Below, piece by piece: positions 59,926-64,000 of a DNA stretch of 64,000 bases. The position numbers were made by a program, and so were the translations under genes. A model generated the notes under the pieces. That model had not been told where the DNA came from. It saw nothing but the letters and a program-made list of their open reading frames with translations, and searched no databases. The stretch comes from the human T2T-CHM13v2.0 reference genome, Homo sapiens. Numbering within the stretch: position 1 is the stretch's first letter; every line of letters starts with the position of its first letter. The DNA is taken from the NCBI RefSeq assembly GCF_009914755.1, contig NC_060934.1. One strand, given 5' to 3'.

Positions 59926-60526
59926 GGCCTCCCCCAGCTCTCACCCTTTTCCATTACAAAATGCCACCCCTCTGCCAAAAACTATGCATAAATCACCTGG
60001 ACTTAGGGCTCCTTCACAATCTTCTTACTCATTTTTTATTTCCTAGTACTTTGAGAATAGCTCCTCAAACCCCCTTTCCACCCGCCATCCTCTCATTCCC
60101 ATTTTTCCCTCCTCTCATTTCTATTTTCTTTCTAACTTGACAGAAGTCAGATGACTTTGCTGTGCTAATATTTTTTTTCCTTCTCTGCCTCAATATATTT
60201 GTGGTCTTCTGCCACCCTCTGTATTATTTTCTCAAGTCTCAGATAGAGTAGCATCTTCCTCATTTGTAAGCTAGCCTCTCTACTTACGCCCTTGATACAC
60301 TTTCCCTTTCCCCTTCTTTGGGATCTTGCTATCTTACTGATCTCCCCTCTCCCAGAATCATGTCCACCATCTCCACTAAGCCCTTCCTTTTTGCATCCAA
60401 AGGGACACAGATCTTATTTTAAGAAAACCACAGCATCCAGTCATATTCACTGGATCCTACTCCTTTCTGGTTTATGATCTATTTCTCCTTATTCACCATC
60501 AGATTTTGCATAGAAATGGTCTAGAG

Positions 60527-60870
60527 CAGTGGTTTCCAACTGGGATGACTTAGCCATCGAGAGGACATTTGGAAGTGTCTGGAGACATTTTTGGTTGCTG
60601 CAACTGTGGGAAATGCTACTGGCATCTAGTGGGTAGAGGCCATAATGCTATTAAATATCCTACAATGCACAGGGCAGCCTCCCACCGCAAAATTATCTGG
60701 CTAGGGTGGCTACTTATCCCAGTTTGCCAGTAACTTTCCTGGCTATAGGCTTATAGCACTGAATGTCCTGTGTCCCAGGAAGCACCTCAGTCCTGGGCAT
60801 ACTGGGACCATTGTTCATCCTATATATATCTCACCCCAAATGTCAAAAGTGCCAAAGTTGAGAAACGCTG
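60527..60870. mobile_element. MER20 with nested MER81-like MITE (60701-60821)
   Basis: MER20: ggacatttggaagtgtctggagacatttttggttg...tgctactggcatctagtgggtagaggcc, resuming at cccaaatgtcaaaagtgcc; the inner element has tagggtg...catccta inverted termini. Confidence 0.72.
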
Positions 60871-62772
60871 CTCTACAAGGAACACCCATTAACTTTACAT
60901 TTTTCTCACCAACTTCCTTTCCTTCAATTGGAACTTTAATTTCTGTCTTCTTTTCTACTGAAATAGTTTTCTTTCTTTCCTTTTTTTTTTTTTTTTTGTT
61001 TTTGTTTTGTTTTCTTAGAGACAGGGTCTCACCCTCACCTACGCAGGAGTGCAATGGTGCAGTCATAGCTCATTTCAGCCTCTAACTCCTGGGCTCAAGT
61101 AATCCTCGCACCTTAGCCCCCTAGCAGCTACGACAGGCACACCACCATCCTGGCTAATTTTTAAAATTTTTATCTTTGTAGAGATTGGATCTCGCTATGT
61201 TGCTCAGGCTGATCTGGAATTCCTGGCCTCAAGTGATCTCCCTAAAGTGTTGGGATTATGGGTGTGAGCCACTGTGGCCAGGCTGAAATTGTTTTCTTAA
61301 AAGTCACCAGTGGCACCTTCCAATCAATAAATCCAATGGCTTTTCTCCTTCCTCAACCCTTTGGATTTCCTTCTAAGCATTTGATACTGTTGACCACTAT
61401 TTTTTTGAAGCCCTTTTTTTTTTCATACTTTTGGTATGTGCCAAGAGGTATGTGCTCTTTTGTGGGTTCCTAATTCCTACTGTTTTTTGTTTTTTGTTTT
61501 TTTTGAGATGGAGTCTCAGTCTGTCTAGGCTTTGCCTAGGCTCACTCACTAGGCTGGAGTGCAGTGGCGCCATCTCGGCTCACTGCAACCTCCACCTCCT
61601 GGGTTTTAAGCAATTCTCCTGCCTCAGCCTCCTGAGTAGCTGGGATTACAGGAGCCCGCCACCGTGTCCGGCTAATTTTTGTATTTTTAGTAGAGATGGG
61701 GTTTTACCATGTTGGCCAGGCTGGTCTCAAACTCCTGACCTCGGGTGATCCGCCCACCTCGGCCTCCCAAAATACTGGGATTACAGTCCTGAGCCACCAT
61801 ATCTGGTCCCTACTCTGTCTTAAATGTAGATTGTTTCTTAGTTTGATGTTTCTTGGTGCTTTTCTTTATTCTCCTATTAAATAATTTATTCCACTCTAGC
61901 TTCAGATCTCATCTCTATTAGTTGATTCCCAGATCTCTTTCCTGAGTCTTAGTCTTTCATTTCCAATTGATTGAGGGGTTTCCATGGATATCCAGCAGAA
62001 TCCAATACTCAACCTGAGTAATGGCAGGTTAAGAAGAACATTTAATAGACTGGCTAGGAGGAAAGACAATATAGTCTAGCTTACATTTCCAGCCTTGTCT
62101 TCCACTTTGGTCCTGTATTAAGCCTTAAGTTCTATTGAACCAGGATAACTCTATCCATGCCCTTAAATGTGCTTTCCATGGTTTTGCTTCATGTCTTCTT
62201 GCTCATTGGAAAACACTTCTGCCTTTCTTCAAATCTTCCTGATCATCCCAATCAGGAAAATGTGGAATGGTGAAAATACTGGATCAGGAGTCAGAAGACC
62301 TATTTCTGTCACTTTACTTGCTTTTAGACTTGGGACCATTACTTGAGTTTTCTATAACTTTATATATTTTAAGTAAAGAAATAATCCTGTGTCTGCCTTT
62401 CTCAAGATAGCTAATATGAAAAAATAGTTTGAAAGATGGTAAACTGCTGGTATATAGTATATTTAGTATTTAAGTATTGCATGACCTCCTGAACTCTGAT
62501 AATACTTTGAGCCTTTCTAATGGAATCTTGCCATCTCTTACTTGTAGAGACAGTTAATACACATTTCTTAAAAGTAGAGACCACAATGTAAATCTTTTTC
62601 TTGCATAGTTTCTGTCATTGTACATGTCATGTTAACAGATTCTGAGTAAAGACTGATGAAAGAATTGCAATTCTACCTATTAGTCTTTATTTTTGTTTCA
62701 CTAATTCCAAACATTTTATACTATATCAAATTTATCAACCCCCTCCCCCTTTTTTTTAAATCTCCAATTTAG

Positions 62773-62925
62773 GTGATGTCTTTCCAGTGCAAATGAATCC
62801 AATAACTCAATCTCAGTTCGTACCTTTGGGTGAAGTTCTTTGCTGTGCTATATCTGATATGAATACAGCTCAGATTGTAGTAACGCAGGAATCACTTTTG
62901 GAGCGTTTGATGAAACATCACCCAG
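62773..62925 (+). CDS. STOX1: Storkhead-box protein 1, coding exon 2 (codons 104-155, start of winged-helix domain), His153 allele
   Basis: Translates (G)[50 protein letters not shown](G). 153 nt, phase 1-1. Donor CAG|GTAGAG at 62926. Confidence 0.96.

Positions 62926-64000
<1,075 letters not shown>

Overview
Human genomic DNA from the 5' end of STOX1 (storkhead-box winged-helix transcription factor, 10q22). The species call rests on the primate Alu/ERV content plus an AluYb8 with its full set of diagnostics. The window holds ~8.7 kb of upstream sequence, the CpG-island promoter, coding exon 1 (8773-9082), a 53.7-kb intron 1, coding exon 2 (62773-62925) and the start of intron 2. Codon 153 is CAC, the His allele of Y153H. 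Almost all ORFs in the supplied track are Alu translation artefacts. The non-coding DNA is very repeat-rich, with roughly 80 Alus counted by eye. It includes a two-LTR, internally deleted HERV-K(HML-3)/MER9 provirus antisense in intron 1 (41936-49429), several solo LTRs (LTR12, LTR2/LTR15-type, MER39-like, MLT1), a U6 retropseudogene, a 5'-inverted L1 and hAT DNA-transposon fossils. I see no convincing new biological system. The least-explained signals are several short, locally templated duplications: a ~150-bp upstream segment copied 27 kb away, a 49-bp segment pasted into an Alu, and others. Three independent retroviral integrations also landed inside Alus.
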